Of a stretch of DNA of 64,000 nucleotides, positions 50,904 to 63,892 are shown in pieces; positions within the stretch are counted from its first letter, which is position 1; the number at the start of each line of letters is the position of its first letter. The stretch is taken from NCBI GenBank assembly GCA_038087875.1, contig CM075999.1:1304001-1368000 (forward strand), given 5' to 3'. A program made the position numbers and the translations under genes. The notes beneath the pieces are model-generated. The model searched no databases and had not been told where the DNA came from. It was given only the letters and a program-made list of their open reading frames with translations. This DNA comes from Malacoraja senta (Eukaryota).

Positions 50904-52540
50904 AAATGTAAGCAAGGTTGTCAAACGTAGCCATGGCGTTTACGTGTGTTTGGCGAATGAGAATCAATGTCAATGCTAGTGCTCAGTCAATTAGAGCACA
51001 GTGTATTATGCAGTCTGAAGAAATGTCACCCACCTTTTCCTCCAGAGATGCTGCCTGCCCCGCTGAGTTACTCCAGCGCTTTGTGTCTATCGTTGGTGTA
51101 CACCAGCATCTGCAGTTCCCTTCTACGTGTGATGGCCACGTTTGGACCTGAACCCGGGTCTGCGCTCTGATTCCCGGATAGTGAAATATATTCCAGGATC
51201 TCTCATGTTTATTTTAACAAAATAAATTTGATACCAAAGAAAGGCAATCAAATGTTTGGTCATTAAAATACATTGTAAGGAGCATCATCAAAGCCAGCAA
51301 CCAAGTCAGACAGTGGTACAAACGTCAACAAACCGCAGATGCCAAAAATCTGAAATAAAAACAGAACAATGCTGGAAACAGCCAACAGTTCGGGCAGCAT
51401 CTGAGGAAAAGGAGATCGTTTATGCCTCAACGCGACTCTTTGTCAGAACTAGCAGAGAAAAAGGGCGGCATGGTGGTGCAGCGGTAGAGTTGCTGCCTTA
51501 CAGTGCTCACAGTGCCAGAGACACGGGTTCGGTCCAGACTATGGGTGCTGTCTGTAAGGTGTTTGTACGTTCTCCCTCTGACTGCGTGGGTTTTCTTAGA
51601 GATCTTCGGATTCCTCCCTCACTCCAAAAGACGTACAGGGATTCGTAGGTTAATTGGCTTGGTATAAATGTAAATATATTGTCCCTCGTGTGTGTAGGAT
51701 AGTGTTAATGGGCGGGGATGGCTGGTCGGTGAAGACTCAGTGGGCTGAAGGGCCTGTTTCCAAAATTAATTTAGTTTTCAGAAGAGGAGAAGATGGTGGA
51801 GGGTTGGATATAACAAAAGGGAACAACTCTGATAGAGTGAGTCCCAATGGGGTTATGACAGCATTAGAAGTGGGAGTTAGAAGTATATTACATTATTATT
51901 GTGTGCGTGTGAAGTATTGTAATAGTGAGGCTCTGGGACATGCCCAATCAGGAGAAATAATAGCTGAGCCAAAATGAAGACAGAAATGAAGACAGCTGAG
52001 GTATACAGAGCTGTCTAAAGTTGAAGAGTTCAACCCAGAGTCCAGAAGGTTGCAGCATACCCTGACGGAAGATGAAGTATTGTCCTTCGTTGTATCAACG
52101 TAGGAGACAACCGACAGGTTAGAGTGGAGTGGATGGTGAAATGTAGAGGGGGGGATATAGTTATACGCATTAACCTTCAATCTCAGTCAGTTAGAGCAAA
52201 CTTTGACAAGGGAATTACACAGTCACCTCAATTCTGCCTGGCTGGTGTTACTAGGTACAGCCTTTTTTGAAATGTGGTCACTTCCATTGAAAGAAGCATT
52301 AGAGTCATAGAGTTATACAGCATGGAAACAGCCCCTTCAGCAAACGTGCCCATGCCGACCAAAATGCCCATCCACAGTAGTCCCACTGCCTACTTTTGGC
52401 CCGCATCCCTTTAAACCTTTCCTTTCCATGTTCCTGTCCAAAAGTCTTTTAAATATTGTTATTAGTACCTGCCGCAACTACCTCCTCTGGCAGCTTGTTC
52501 CATACACGCACCCCCCTCTGTGACAAAAAGGTGACCCTTA

Positions 52541-52976
52541 AGGGCCTGTCCCACGGGCATGCGACTCCATGCGGCAAGCGCTACCTAACCGCAAGCGGGG
52601 GCCACGCGGAGGTCGAGTGATCCCCGTACAGGGCCGGTCCCACCAGCATGCGGCAAGCGCTACCAAATCGGAAGCGGGGGCTGCGCGGAGGTCGAGTGCC
52701 GTCAAGACGGTGCGTCCGGCGTCGATGCGGCGCACACGGCCGTCGATGCGGCTGCGCACGGCCTCGAGGCGGTTGCGGGCCGGCAGGCCGTTACTGCATG
52801 GAATTTTTGAACAGTGTCAGTTTTCCGGAGCCCCGCGCGATGTCGGGACCAGCTCCGCACAACTCCATACGGCTCCGGCGATCGAAGTGGGACCGGCCCC
52901 GCGACCTCCGCGCGGCCCACACTTGCGGTTAGGTCGCGCTTGCCGCATGGAGTCGCATGCCCGTGGGACAGGCCCT
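52541..52976. mobile_element. MITE, PIF/Harbinger-like, with about 75-bp inverted ends, nested in a CR1 tail
   Basis: AGGGCCTGTCCCACGGGCATGCGACTCCATGCGGCAAGCGC is mirrored at the 3' end. TTA/TAA flanks; internal direct repeat of about 50 bp (52568-52619 and 52647-52698); very CpG-rich. Confidence 0.9.
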
Positions 52977-55900
52977 TAAGATTCTTGTTAAATCATTCTC
53001 CTCTCACCATAAACCATAAATCTGGTGCTTGATTCTTGTTACTCTGGGTAAAAGACTCTGTGCATTTACCCTATTTTTTCCTCTCATGATCATATACTCC
53101 TCTATAAGATTACCCCTCGTCCTCCTGCACTCCAAGGGAAAAGGTCCTATCCTGCCGAACCTCTCCTTCAATAGGACACAGAGCTGGAGTAACTCAGCGG
53201 GTCAGTTATTATCTCCAGAGAACATGGAATAGATTATTGTGTTTAAGAAGGAACTGCAGATGCTGGAAAATCTAAGGTAGACAAAAATGCTGGAGAATCT
53301 CAGCGGGTGCAGCAGCATCTATGAAGCGAAGGAAATAGGCAACGTTTCCTTCGCTCCATAGATGCTGCTGCACCCGCTGAGATTCTCCAGCATTTTTGTC
53401 TACCTTCGATTTTCCAGCATTTTTGTCTACCATTGATTAGATTATGTTTAGGCTCGAGATCCTTCTTCGGACATTATCTTCAATGTGTAAAGAAGAATAC
53501 TCAATACCCTGACTGATGAAGGCCAATGAGCCGGACCACCCGATCTACTTGCGATGCCTTTTTAAATTACATTTCTAGATCCCGCTGCTCTATAACACTT
53601 CCCAAAGCCCTGCCATTCACCGTGAAGATCCTGCCCTGGTTTGACTTTTCATTTATGCCAATTTATATACAGCAAAATACCATAAACACCAATGAGATTA
53701 AACGGCACTTAGAGAATGGACAATAGGTGCAGGATTAGGCCATTTGGCCCTTCAGGCCAGCACCGCCATTCAATGTGATCATGGCTGATCCTCCCCAATC
53801 AGTACCCCATTCATGCCTTCCCCCCATAGCCCCCGACTCCGCTATCTTTAAGAGCCCTATCAAGCTCTCTCTTGAAAGTATCCAGAGAACTGGCCTCCAC
53901 CGCCCTCTGAGGCAGAGAATTCCAGACTCACAACTCTCTGCGAGAGAAAGTGTTTCCTCGTCTCTGTTCTAAATGGCTTACCCCTTATTCTTAAACTGTG
54001 GCCCCTGTCATTCACTTAATTCATTATTAAGGATGTCAATTCTGGGATAAATATTTGCCAGTGGCCTGGGGAGTGATCCGCGCAATTCTTCCTTGTGAAC
54101 TATTTAATCATACAACATTGTGGCTGGAACTGTAGTTCGTCCAGAGACCTCCCCGTGCATGGCTGGAATGTAGCAAACTCAATGGCCTAAGTTTGAAGCT
54201 GAGTGCTCCCAGGGCCTGTGTCCCGCCCGGTTAGAGTGTGACGGTGATGGGTGAACCAACCTCAGGAGCCAAAAGGTAATTGAAGGGGCTGCCGTGATCA
54301 TTGTTTGTCCCCGACTGGAGACATGTTTCTTGAAAGAATGAGGCGATCGTCCCTGTCATCATTTGGGGCGGTTCAGTGACGCAGCGGTGGAGTTGCTGCA
54401 TCGCAGCGCCATAGGTCAGGGTTGGACGCTGACTGCAGGTGCTGTCTGTGCGGAGCTTGTTCGTTCTCCCCGTGATCGCGTAGGATATCCCCGGGTTTCA
54501 AGACAGAGTTAGATACAGCTCTGAGGGCTAAGGGAATCAAGGGATATGTGGAGAAAGCAGGAACGGGGTACTGATTTTGGATGATCAGCTATGATCACAT
54601 GGAATGGCGGTACTGGCTCGAAGGGCCGAATGGCCTACTCCTGCATCTATTTTCTATGTTTCTAAAATATGAAAACTGATAGCATCTCTGAAGCACACAG
54701 ATCCCCAAGCTGAAACAAGCTGCTATATTATACACACCAGATAGGAGCAGCAAAAACATAATGAGTATATTGTTGAGCTCCTAAGCCTTCACTAAGCTGC
54801 TAAACTCACTAGCATTACTCTTCAGATGAGGAGCAATGTGGCTATTACATGGATCTTTTGAGCACATAGGTTCTGGATTCAAGTTTCATTCCACAGAAAA
54901 GAACTTAATCTAGGCTGACACACACATTACTGAAGGCGCGCTGTACCATCACAGTTAATAACTTATGAATGATACATTAAATGATGGTGTGTTAGCTCTC
55001 TCAGACTGTTGCAAGGGCCCTCATGACACAATTCCAAAGATCAGTCACGCTTTCCTGTATAATATTTATGCCTCAACCAACACTAAGAACAGTCATTGCT
55101 GCTTCTGTGATCGTGCACTGTGCAATAGACAGCGACATTTCCTACACGCAGCGATGATTTTAAGGCAGATATAGATGGATTCTTGATTAGACAATAGGTG
55201 CAGGAGTTGGCCATTCGGCCCTTCGAGCCAGCACCGCCATTCAATGCGATTAGTACGGGTGTTAAGGGTTATGGGGAGAAGGCAGGAGAATGGGGTTCAG
55301 AGGGAAAGATATATCAGCCATGATTGAATGGCGGAGTAGACTTGATGGACCTAATGGCCTTATTCTGCTCTCACTTATGAACCAAACCTCTATTTTAAAA
55401 TGTTTTTAATTCCCTCTAAGGCACCTTAACCATGATGAGATTGAGAAAACCATCTATAAATGTAAGCTACCAACTTTACTTCAATGGAACTTCCCTGTTT
55501 TTGTACATCTTCACACCGAGTGACCTAAATGATCAGATACCATGGTCATAGAGTGGAAACAGGCCCTTCGGCCCAACATGTACCAGCTACACTTGTCCCA
55601 CCTGCCAGCATTTGGTCCATATTCCTCCAAACCATTCCTTTCCATGTACGAGATCCATCATGGTCTCTCTATAATCAGTCTGCCTTATGCAGCATTAGGT
55701 ATACTGGCTAAAGAAATTGTTGAACTGTCAAATGACAAGGAAAGAGCGTTCACGTCGCGGCCCTGTTTCCACTAATCTTTCCACCACCACGCACAAGAAA
55801 GACACCATCGTATGCAGATGCCGAGAGGTGTGTTCAGCTCTGGCTGAACAACATCTAATCTTGAGTGTGGACTCAAGAAGAATTGACAAATGTCAGAGTC

Positions 55901-56949
55901 TCGCTATTCATTGAATGAGTCGCTGTGCTGCGCATTTATGAATCAAATGTAGTGCACAAGTTGGAAAAGGATTGATGGAGAGATAACTCCTCCTCGACAA
56001 TAATCCAATTACAACCCAGGGGCAGTTCTAACTCAGGGGTTAGACAGATTACACTAAATGCAGTTTAGTAATTGTTGCAGAGCCTGACCTCAAAACTAGT
56101 GGGAGAAACACAGGGAGGTTATTTTGCACCTGTGCCTCCTGCATTGTAGGGGTCCATTGTTGAGTGGTACTGAGCCATATAGGCTGTGCCGCTTACAAGG
56201 AACAAGCCAAGTAACTACCAGCAGGGCTTGAATTCTTGCATGCCCCTTCAACGCTGCAACACTACTCATGCTGATCAACATGAAGGGAATGGATATTCTC
56301 TAACTACAGTATGTAGCAGCGACACTTTTACACCCACCCATGTATAAAGCAATTCTTACGTAGGAAATGACCAAATCAGATGGGATTGATGTCCAGTTGC
56401 AGATGCTTAGACCCGTTCGCTGCTGCAAGTAAAAAATTAATGGTTTCATTTTCAGCGAATATGACAATGAAACACCCATGTCTCTTGATGCTGGAATCTT
56501 CAGCAAGAAACAAAGTGCTGGAAGAACTCAGCAGGTCAGGCAGCATATGTGAAGGGAACAGACAGACAATGTTTCAGGTTGGGGCCCTTCTTCAGAGTCC
56601 TGCTGAAAACATACTGCCCATGCATTATCAGTGGAAAGTGAAAGTGTTGATATTTAAGGTTGATGGTGACAAGTGTCCTGGTGCAATATCATCACCCTGA
56701 GACATTTAATCTATTCTTTGCTAGTTACACAGCTTGACGGCTTTTATGGCATATTGTTTTCTTTTAAAATTACCAACTGTTTCTTGATTCTGAACAGACA
56801 TTATATGTGCCCCTGCCTGTATTAATTCTGACAGCAGATGGCAATATTTAGTTAATTAAAGATTTATTTCAAAACTGATGCAGGATCACCATCTCCTGGT
56901 GGTAGATGGTAGTGTAGCAACAATGTAGAAAACTTGGACAAGCCAATTT

Positions 56950-57670
56950 CAAGTCAAGAGCGTTTAATTATTATATGATCCGGCAACAGAACAATGATAT
57001 TCTTACTTGCCGCAGCTTTGCAGGCCCATCAATTCAATATAATAATCAATAATACAATAAATAAGTAATTAATGGTACTGGGTAACCAGACCATAAGTGA
57101 TGAACCGAAGTACATAGTGCAATCGAAGTCCATGGTAGATCGTTGCTGAGGTAGGGCTGTGCAGTGTGGTTCAAAAGCTCGTGCATTGCAAGGAAGCATC
57201 TGTTCTTGACCCTGGATGTCATGGTTCTCTGGCTCTGGTGCCTTCTTCCTGGTGGTAGCAGCAAGATGACAGCGTAGCCAGGGTTGTGTGGGTCTTTGAT
57301 ATTAACCCCTCCGGTAAATCCCTTTGAAGGCTGGAAGGTCAATACTCATCACGGACCAGGCAATGCCTGCCGCTTCCTGGAGCTTCTTCATTCTTGGGCA
57401 TTCGAGTTACTGAACCAGGTTATGATGCAACCACTCAGTAGGCTCTCTACCCTACACCAGATCGAAAGTATTTGGTGATGGGCCAAATCTCCTCAATCAT
57501 CGTAGGAAGGAGAGGTATCGATGAGCCATCTTTGTGATTGCATCGATATGCTGGGCCCAGGACAGATCTTCAGAGATATGCACATCCAGGAAGTTGAGCT
57601 TAAAGCTGTAGACTCTCTCCATCGTCATCCCGCTGAATAAAGATTCACGTATCCTCAGATTTCCCTTCCT
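56950..57670 (-). mobile_element. Degraded Rex1/Babar-like LINE 3' region
   Basis: ERVYSFK..FLDVHISEDLSWAQHIDAITKMAH and IKDPHNPG..LLPPGRR motifs in ORFs 57497-57682 and 57046-57342. Confidence 0.75.
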
Positions 57671-57682
57671 GAAGAGTTTCAA

Positions 57683-57971
57683 TTTAGTTTAGATACAGCG
57701 CAGAAACAGGCCCTTTGGCCCACACCGACTAGCTATCCCCACACATTAACACTATCCTAGACACACTAGGGACAATTTTACATTTATATCAAGCCAATTA
57801 ACATGCAAACCTGTACGTCTTTGGAGTGTGGGAGAAAACCGAAGATCTCAGAAAACCCACGCAGGTCACAGGTAGAACATACAAACTCCGTACACACAAG
57901 CACCCATAGTCTGGTTCGAACCCAGATCTCTGGCGCTGTAAAGCAGTAGCTCCACCGCTACCGTACCACCC
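57683..57971 (-). mobile_element. HE1-like V-SINE
   Basis: Family motifs. Confidence 0.8.
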
Positions 57972-59054
57972 ACAATCTTGCTCCCAATGCCAGCGTAATG
58001 GTTTGCTAATACTGCGAGCTAGATTTTTAGTTGACAGCAAAATTGACATTGTTGTCAATCTCCCTCCGGTACTCTGACTTATCGTTACCTGTTATTAGTC
58101 CAACGGTGTGATTGTCAACAAATTTAAAGATGGCTTTGGATATAGACTGAGAGGAGCAAAGGACTGAGCTTACAGCGTTGAGGTGTGCCTGTGCTGATGG
58201 TCATTGCAGAGAAAGTGTTGTTGTCAATTCAAACTGATTGAGGTTTGAAGGATATCTTAGCACTCGGGTACGGGAATGGGAATTAAATGGTTAGCAACAG
58301 GGAGCCTCCGGCTGGCCCTGGCAGACGGAGCACAAGTATTCAGCAAAGCAATTGCCTTGTCTACTCTTAGTAGGAAGCCACAAGAAGTCAGCGCCTGAAA
58401 GCAATTTATTTGTGAAGTAGCAAAACTTTGATAATCCACCATGCAAATGTTCAAGATTACTGATGGCACAGCATTTGCTTCACGTGCTTCCTTCAAAAGA
58501 GGCCCAAGTTCCAATAGGTCTTTTAAACATAATGGGTTCATTCTTACCATTGCATAACAGCCAGAAAAAAAAAGAATTAAATGCGTGTTAAGAGTATTAA
58601 TTGGAAAAACATCTAAAAGACTAGAAAATCCCCCACATCAGCACCTCCCAAGTGTGCCAGATTAATGAGGTTTAACGGTAATGGGTGAAACAGTCGTCTT
58701 TTTTCCAGAAATACAGCGTGGAAACAGGCCCTTCGGCCCACTAGGTCCGCACCGACCAGTGATCCCCCCCACACATGAACACTATCCCGCACTACATAAC
58801 ACTATATAGTAGAGACGATAACATCACACCACTTGGGGAGCCTCTGGTTATTTCCCTCTACATTTCACACTAACATGCTCACATCGGGCAGAACTACTCC
58901 ACAGAAACTGCGGGATCTGGGCATTAATGAGTACCCTGCAGATTCTCCTCCTCGTGTTTTATAGATTGAATGATACTTTACTATCAGTGAAATTTTTTGG
59001 TTTGCACACCATACACAAAGTGTGCAAAGAGTCACCATGTACAGGGCGCCAAAG

Positions 59055-59392
59055 TTACAAAGTGTTCAAGGTAGTTAGTGCACAATGAGCCCACGGCTGC
59101 CCTACGCCGGGTTCCACTTTGCTCATTTGACGGTGCGTCCTCAACCGACCTCCGGCACCCCCGTCCTCAGCCGCCGTGTCTTCTGTTGAATGGCTCCGCG
59201 ATGCTCGCCCTGGAGCTTCCGACTTACAAAGTGTTCAAGGTAGTTAGTGCACAATGAGCCCACGGCTGCCCTACGCCGGGTCCCACTTTGCTCACTTGAC
59301 GGTGCGTCCTCAACCGACCTCCGGCACCCCTGTCCTCAGCCGCCGTGTCTTCTGTTGAATGGCTCCGCAATGCTCGCCCTGGAGCTTCCGAC
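59055..59392 (+). repeat. Tandem duplication, 2 x 169 bp
   Basis: 59055-59223 and 59224-59392 are identical apart from about 4 substitutions. Confidence 0.95.
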
Positions 59393-59937
59393 GGCCCACC
59401 TTGCCCTGCTTACTATCGCGGCCTGTTGACGTCCGCTGTGGGCTCGCCGGGCATACTGAAGGGCGTGGCCCCAGAACAATCTCAGCCGCACTGCTCACTG
59501 CAAATGTGACACCAGGAATGATAGAACATCGGAAATCCACATACTATCTCAGCTATGGAGGCAATTCTGTCGCTCGTTCACTTGTTTGAAAAATAATTTC
59601 ACTGTCACTGCATTGCAATCACTAACTTTTTATCCAGTTTCTGTTTCGACGTTATAACTAAATCTGCTTGTGCGTTTTATATGTTCTTTCATACAACCTG
59701 CCTCTTTTAGATAGGATCTAAAATGTGCCCTTCCTGGTTTGACCCCTGCTACTGGAAAATTCATCTTACTACCAACTGAGCACCTCGAGCGAAGCTGCAA
59801 CAAATGAGAACACAATTGCGGCATCCTAACTAATGGGGCCACACGCGATGCACCACACACATTCAAGCCACCAACATTTGTCGGATTACAAAAGGATTAG
59901 AAATACAAAAATCTTATAGAAAACTATCACAAAAAGA

Positions 59938-59943
59938 TTTATT
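59938..59943 (-). terminator. Candidate polyadenylation signal (AATAAA on minus strand) of RCC1
   Basis: tttatt on the plus strand, about 380 nt downstream of the RCC1 stop, in repeat-free sequence. Confidence 0.45.
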
Positions 59944-60325
59944 AGATTTTAAAAGAATATTTTTCTTTCCTTTTCTACTTGCCTGCCCAGCCATTCCCAC
60001 CCAAAAAACTTGGAGATTTAACATAAAATAATGGCTCTCTCATAATGAAATCCAATTCATATCAAAGCGAAGACTTCTTGTTCTTGCTTCAATAAAAAAC
60101 AGGAACAAAACAATAAAATGACACAGCAGAGTACACAGGTTCCAGGTCTGGATGAGACGTGTACTCCATGGGGGTTATAGAAAACAAACAAATGAACAAG
60201 ATAAAATCAATTCCTGTAATAACAAAACATTGCATTCAGGGTTGTGGGGAAAGTGCAGAGCTCAGTCTTTACAAAGGTCGAGGTTTGTTTCGGCAGTAGG
60301 TTTTTGTGTGGAGCGGCCGGATGCA

Positions 60326-60501
60326 TCAGCTCTGTCCATTGTCTGCTGCAAGTAAAGCAGTGTGCTGGCCTCCACTGGAGACGGAGAGGACTGTTCTGTT
60401 CTCCAGCTGCTGACCCGTCATCTGGAAGGGGCTCCACACATCCTCCTCGTTGCCTGTGCTCAGCTGAAAATTTGTCCCCATGCCCCAGGCGAAGGCTTGA
60501 C
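60326..60501 (-). CDS. RCC1: RCC1, last coding exon (stop TGA at 60328-60326)
   Basis: ctttcccctgttctag|GT CAA. Encodes [58 protein letters not shown], matching the RCC1 C-terminus. Read manually; not in the ORF track. Upstream RCC1 exons were not found and presumably lie beyond the window end. Confidence 0.95.
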
Positions 60502-61435
60502 CTAGAACAGGGGAAAGCCAAAATGCATCAGGGCTAAAGGCGCACTCAATTCTAGGATTTGTGCAGCAAGTTTCATGAACGGAGGATGCCCATGCATTTC
60601 ACGGCTAATGAAGCAGACACTGTAATGTTAAAATAAATTTCAGCAGCCATACTTAAATATTGCAGCAAAAGACAATATGCAGGAGGAACTCATTGGGTCA
60701 GGCAGCATCTGTGGAGGGAAGTGATGCCCCATTTTCCTCCCCTGATGTTGCCTGACCCACTCAGTTCCTCCAGCTACATGTTTCTGCTTAACATTCCTGC
60801 AGCTGCAAGTCTCTTGTGTCTCCATAAATAATGTAGGTTGAATTAAAGCCAGGACACTCATTGGGTTATAAATTGTCAGCAAGCGTTGACACTAATTGAT
60901 ATTAAGGCTTTTTTTCCACTCAATGCGAGTTTGAATCTGAGGCACAGTCTGGGGAATATTAGGATCAAGTTTAGATGATTAAAAAAAAATGCTTTTATGC
61001 AGCTAAACCGTTGCAGCTTCTGACCTATTGATACACTCAATATAATCAAGGCTGAGATTTGTGAATGGTCCGAGAGTGTGAAGGTCAGTGTATGGGGCAG
61101 AATTATGGATGCAGCACAAGGTCAGCCATTATCTTTTGGAATAATGGAAAAATTATGTGGCTATATGATCTTATCTTGCTTCTGTTTGTTCTTACAGATG
61201 CTGCTGCACATAACAATGCGGTAATGATATTCCGTTCTTTGTGTTAATAGGATTGGTAGGATGTCAGGGAGGCTTGAGCACAGTATAAATCCAATGGGCC
61301 TGCTACAGGGCTTAAATTCAATGCAGTTTTATTACCAGATACAATAGATGGGAGGGTTCTCCCTCAAACTGAGCTGTATCTGTCTGACCTGGATAAACTC
61401 CTAATTCACGCATAGCTTCCACTTCTGGAAAAGTA

Positions 61436-61672
61436 TAGTTTAGTTTAGAGATACAGCGTAGAAACAGGCCCTTCGGCCCACCGAGTCCGCACCGACCAGC
61501 AAACCCCCACACATTAACACTATTCTACACCAGGTACCATTTACTTTTTAAAAATATTTTTCCGGATCAAATTTTTTGCCTACGTACGTCTTTGGAGTGT
61601 GGGAGGAAACTGAAGTTCCCGGAGAAAACCCATGCAGGTCATGGGGAGAAAGTACAAACTCCATACAGACAA
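61436..61672 (-). mobile_element. HE1-like V-SINE in an RCC1 intron (partial)
   Basis: Tail and V-domain motifs. Confidence 0.8.
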
Positions 61673-61854
61673 GTATTAACAAAAACAGGACCACTCTAAT
61701 CGTGATGGTACTCTGGCGAAATGGTTCAGTCAGGTCTCAAAATCTGTTTTTGTGCATCTTAATTCATCTGCGAGTCATATGTTAATTCCAATTTGATTCA
61801 TTACATTGAAGTGGGGACCAAACATGACAATTAAGAGGAAAGATAAACACTTAC

Positions 61855-62007
61855 CATCCTTGCTGATGGCATAACTAACGGAAGCCCCACAAGCCACCTC
61901 AGCGATAACAGGGAGCCCTTGAATGGCAGTAGGCGTACTCTTCTCTGTGGCACGTTCTCCCAGCCCTAGGCGTCCATACTCCGCTCGACCCAAGCTGTAT
62001 ACTTTAC
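61855..62007 (-). CDS. RCC1: RCC1, penultimate coding exon
   Basis: ttttatgttaag|GT AAA..GAT G|gtaagt, 153 nt. Encodes [52 protein letters not shown] (RCC1 repeat). Confidence 0.95.
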
Positions 62008-62162
62008 CTTTAACATAAAAAAGGTAAGTTAGAAATTAAAGATGACAAGAGGGAAACTTGATAAAACACCACATGTATAACTCTGTATAATAAAAGCCAG
62101 GGTCCAAGGAGAAATTGTGAAACTTCACCACCCTTGCCAACTATTGTAAAGGTTTCGAGAAA

Positions 62163-62453
62163 GGGCAGTACAAAGTTGCTGCCTCACAGCGCCAGAGACT
62201 CTGGTTCAATCCTGATTACAGGTGCTGCCTGCACATTCTAACTGTGGCCACGTGGGTTTTCTGTGGGTGCTCCGGTTTCCTCCCATGTCCCAAAGACGTG
62301 CAGGTTTGTAGGTTAACTGGCTTCTGTAAATTTCCCCTAGTGTGCAGGATGCAAAACTGGGATAACATGGAACTAGTGCACGGGTGATCGTTGGTGCACA
62401 CGGACTCAGTGGGCCGAAGGCCCTGTTATCACACTCTATCTGAAAACTAAACT
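62163..62453 (+). mobile_element. HE1-like V-SINE in an RCC1 intron
   Basis: Head, V-domain and tail motifs. Confidence 0.8.
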
Positions 62454-62510
62454 GAAATGGAAACCGATGCCCATTGCAAGCCCTCTTTCCCCCTCTGCTG
62501 TGATACCTAC

Positions 62511-62630
62511 CATCAGAGTCCAAGCACAAGGTATGATGTTGTCCACCAGAGAATTTGGCCCAACACTTGCCCGAGTTCTTGAATGCACTTAGTTTATGTG
62601 CCGAGTAACAGGAGGATGTACCTGGTGTTC
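62511..62630 (-). CDS. RCC1: Regulator of chromosome condensation 1, third-to-last coding exon
   Basis: Minus strand ccacag|GA ACA CCA..GAT G|gtaggt, 120 nt. Encodes GTPGTSSCYSAHKLSAFKNSGKCWAKFSGGQHHTLCLDSDG, matching RCC1 (GTPGTESC..FSGGQHHTVCMDSEG). Confidence 0.93.
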
Positions 62631-63892
62631 CTGTGGTAGAAACAAGACAGCACAGCTTACATATACCTTCCATTCTCTCTACACCTCGCAAAATTCCCTC
62701 TGTACGTACTGGTGGCCTATCTCCCCTGAAAGCTGTCACTCCTGGATGGTTCGATCCACCAACTTCTGGAATATCAGCCAATCTACCATTCTAGAAATAT
62801 AGCCTTAATAATGACCATTCAACAACTATGATTAGCTCTTGTGGGCCGAGTTTATGCTTGACTTGTTGACCACACACAAATACCTTCCGAAGGCAAGTCT
62901 ATTTACCTTGCTGAAATACAGTAACACCACAGGTAAGGATGTTGGAATATTAAACATGATGCCCTTGCATATTCAACTTTCAATAATCACAACAGCTTAA
63001 ACCAGAATATTGTATCTAATTCTGGTCATATTTTGGAAAGGACATTAAGATCTTCAGTGTACAAAGGAGGAATGAGACTAGGGATGATATTTCGGTCACA
63101 GGAAGAAGCTGGGATTATTTTCCTTACGGTAGACAAAACGATTTGTTATATGACAGAGTTCATTTATTTATTTAAATCCCGTACAATTTACAAGAAACTG
63201 CTCCCTCTCACGGAAGGCCCATCAACCAGTTCAAGGATTCAAAGTGATCCAGACAAAGAACCATTGTACCATGGAGGAAGCACCCTTGCATACAGCGAAT
63301 TATTTGGATGAGAGATAAAATTCTGAGAGTTACAACAGCATTTTTCTACAGTAGACAAACAGTACAAACTGGAAAAGGCACGATCTGCTGGACTAATGGG
63401 GAAGAGCAGGAGAATGGAGAGCTATTTCAAAGTGACTTCCTGTGGAAAGGTTGACACTAAAGGAGACAATTTAGCTCAATATAAACACACGAGCAATAAA
63501 AGAGCTGTAGAGATTAACCCCAGTTCACACCTCTTTTCCTGAAGTTAGGGGTAATTGTACATCAAATACCTTCCAGGTCACTAAGTACAAAGAGCAATTT
63601 GATCTGCTTCAGACAAGCACATGGATCTCACTGCTACTTACGGGACCTTGCGCTGTTGTACATAGTAAATACAGGCACCGTTGTCTCTACATAAAGGGGG
63701 AGTGCAAGATCAGCAGCACGGTCAAGTAGGAAAAGAGCTGCTGAATACCACGACAACTGCTGAGACATGTCTACAGAGAAACCATCGCTGATTAAACTGT
63801 CCAATGTACTACCACACCTTGTGTATGGCATATGTCTCCTAAACGTGTTACATCGTTCTTCCGGTAATGGAGTATTCTTCCGGTAACACGGT

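Noticed and set aside
52538..52979. Near-identical peptides on both strands (..ACRMESHARGTGP)
   Set aside because: Consequence of the MITE's long terminal inverted repeats.
61775..62781. RCC2 or another RCC1-like-domain gene; ORFs 61775-61993 and 62206-62781 as standalone genes
   Set aside because: The three exons match RCC1 itself and end at its C-terminus; the ORF extensions are intronic read-through.
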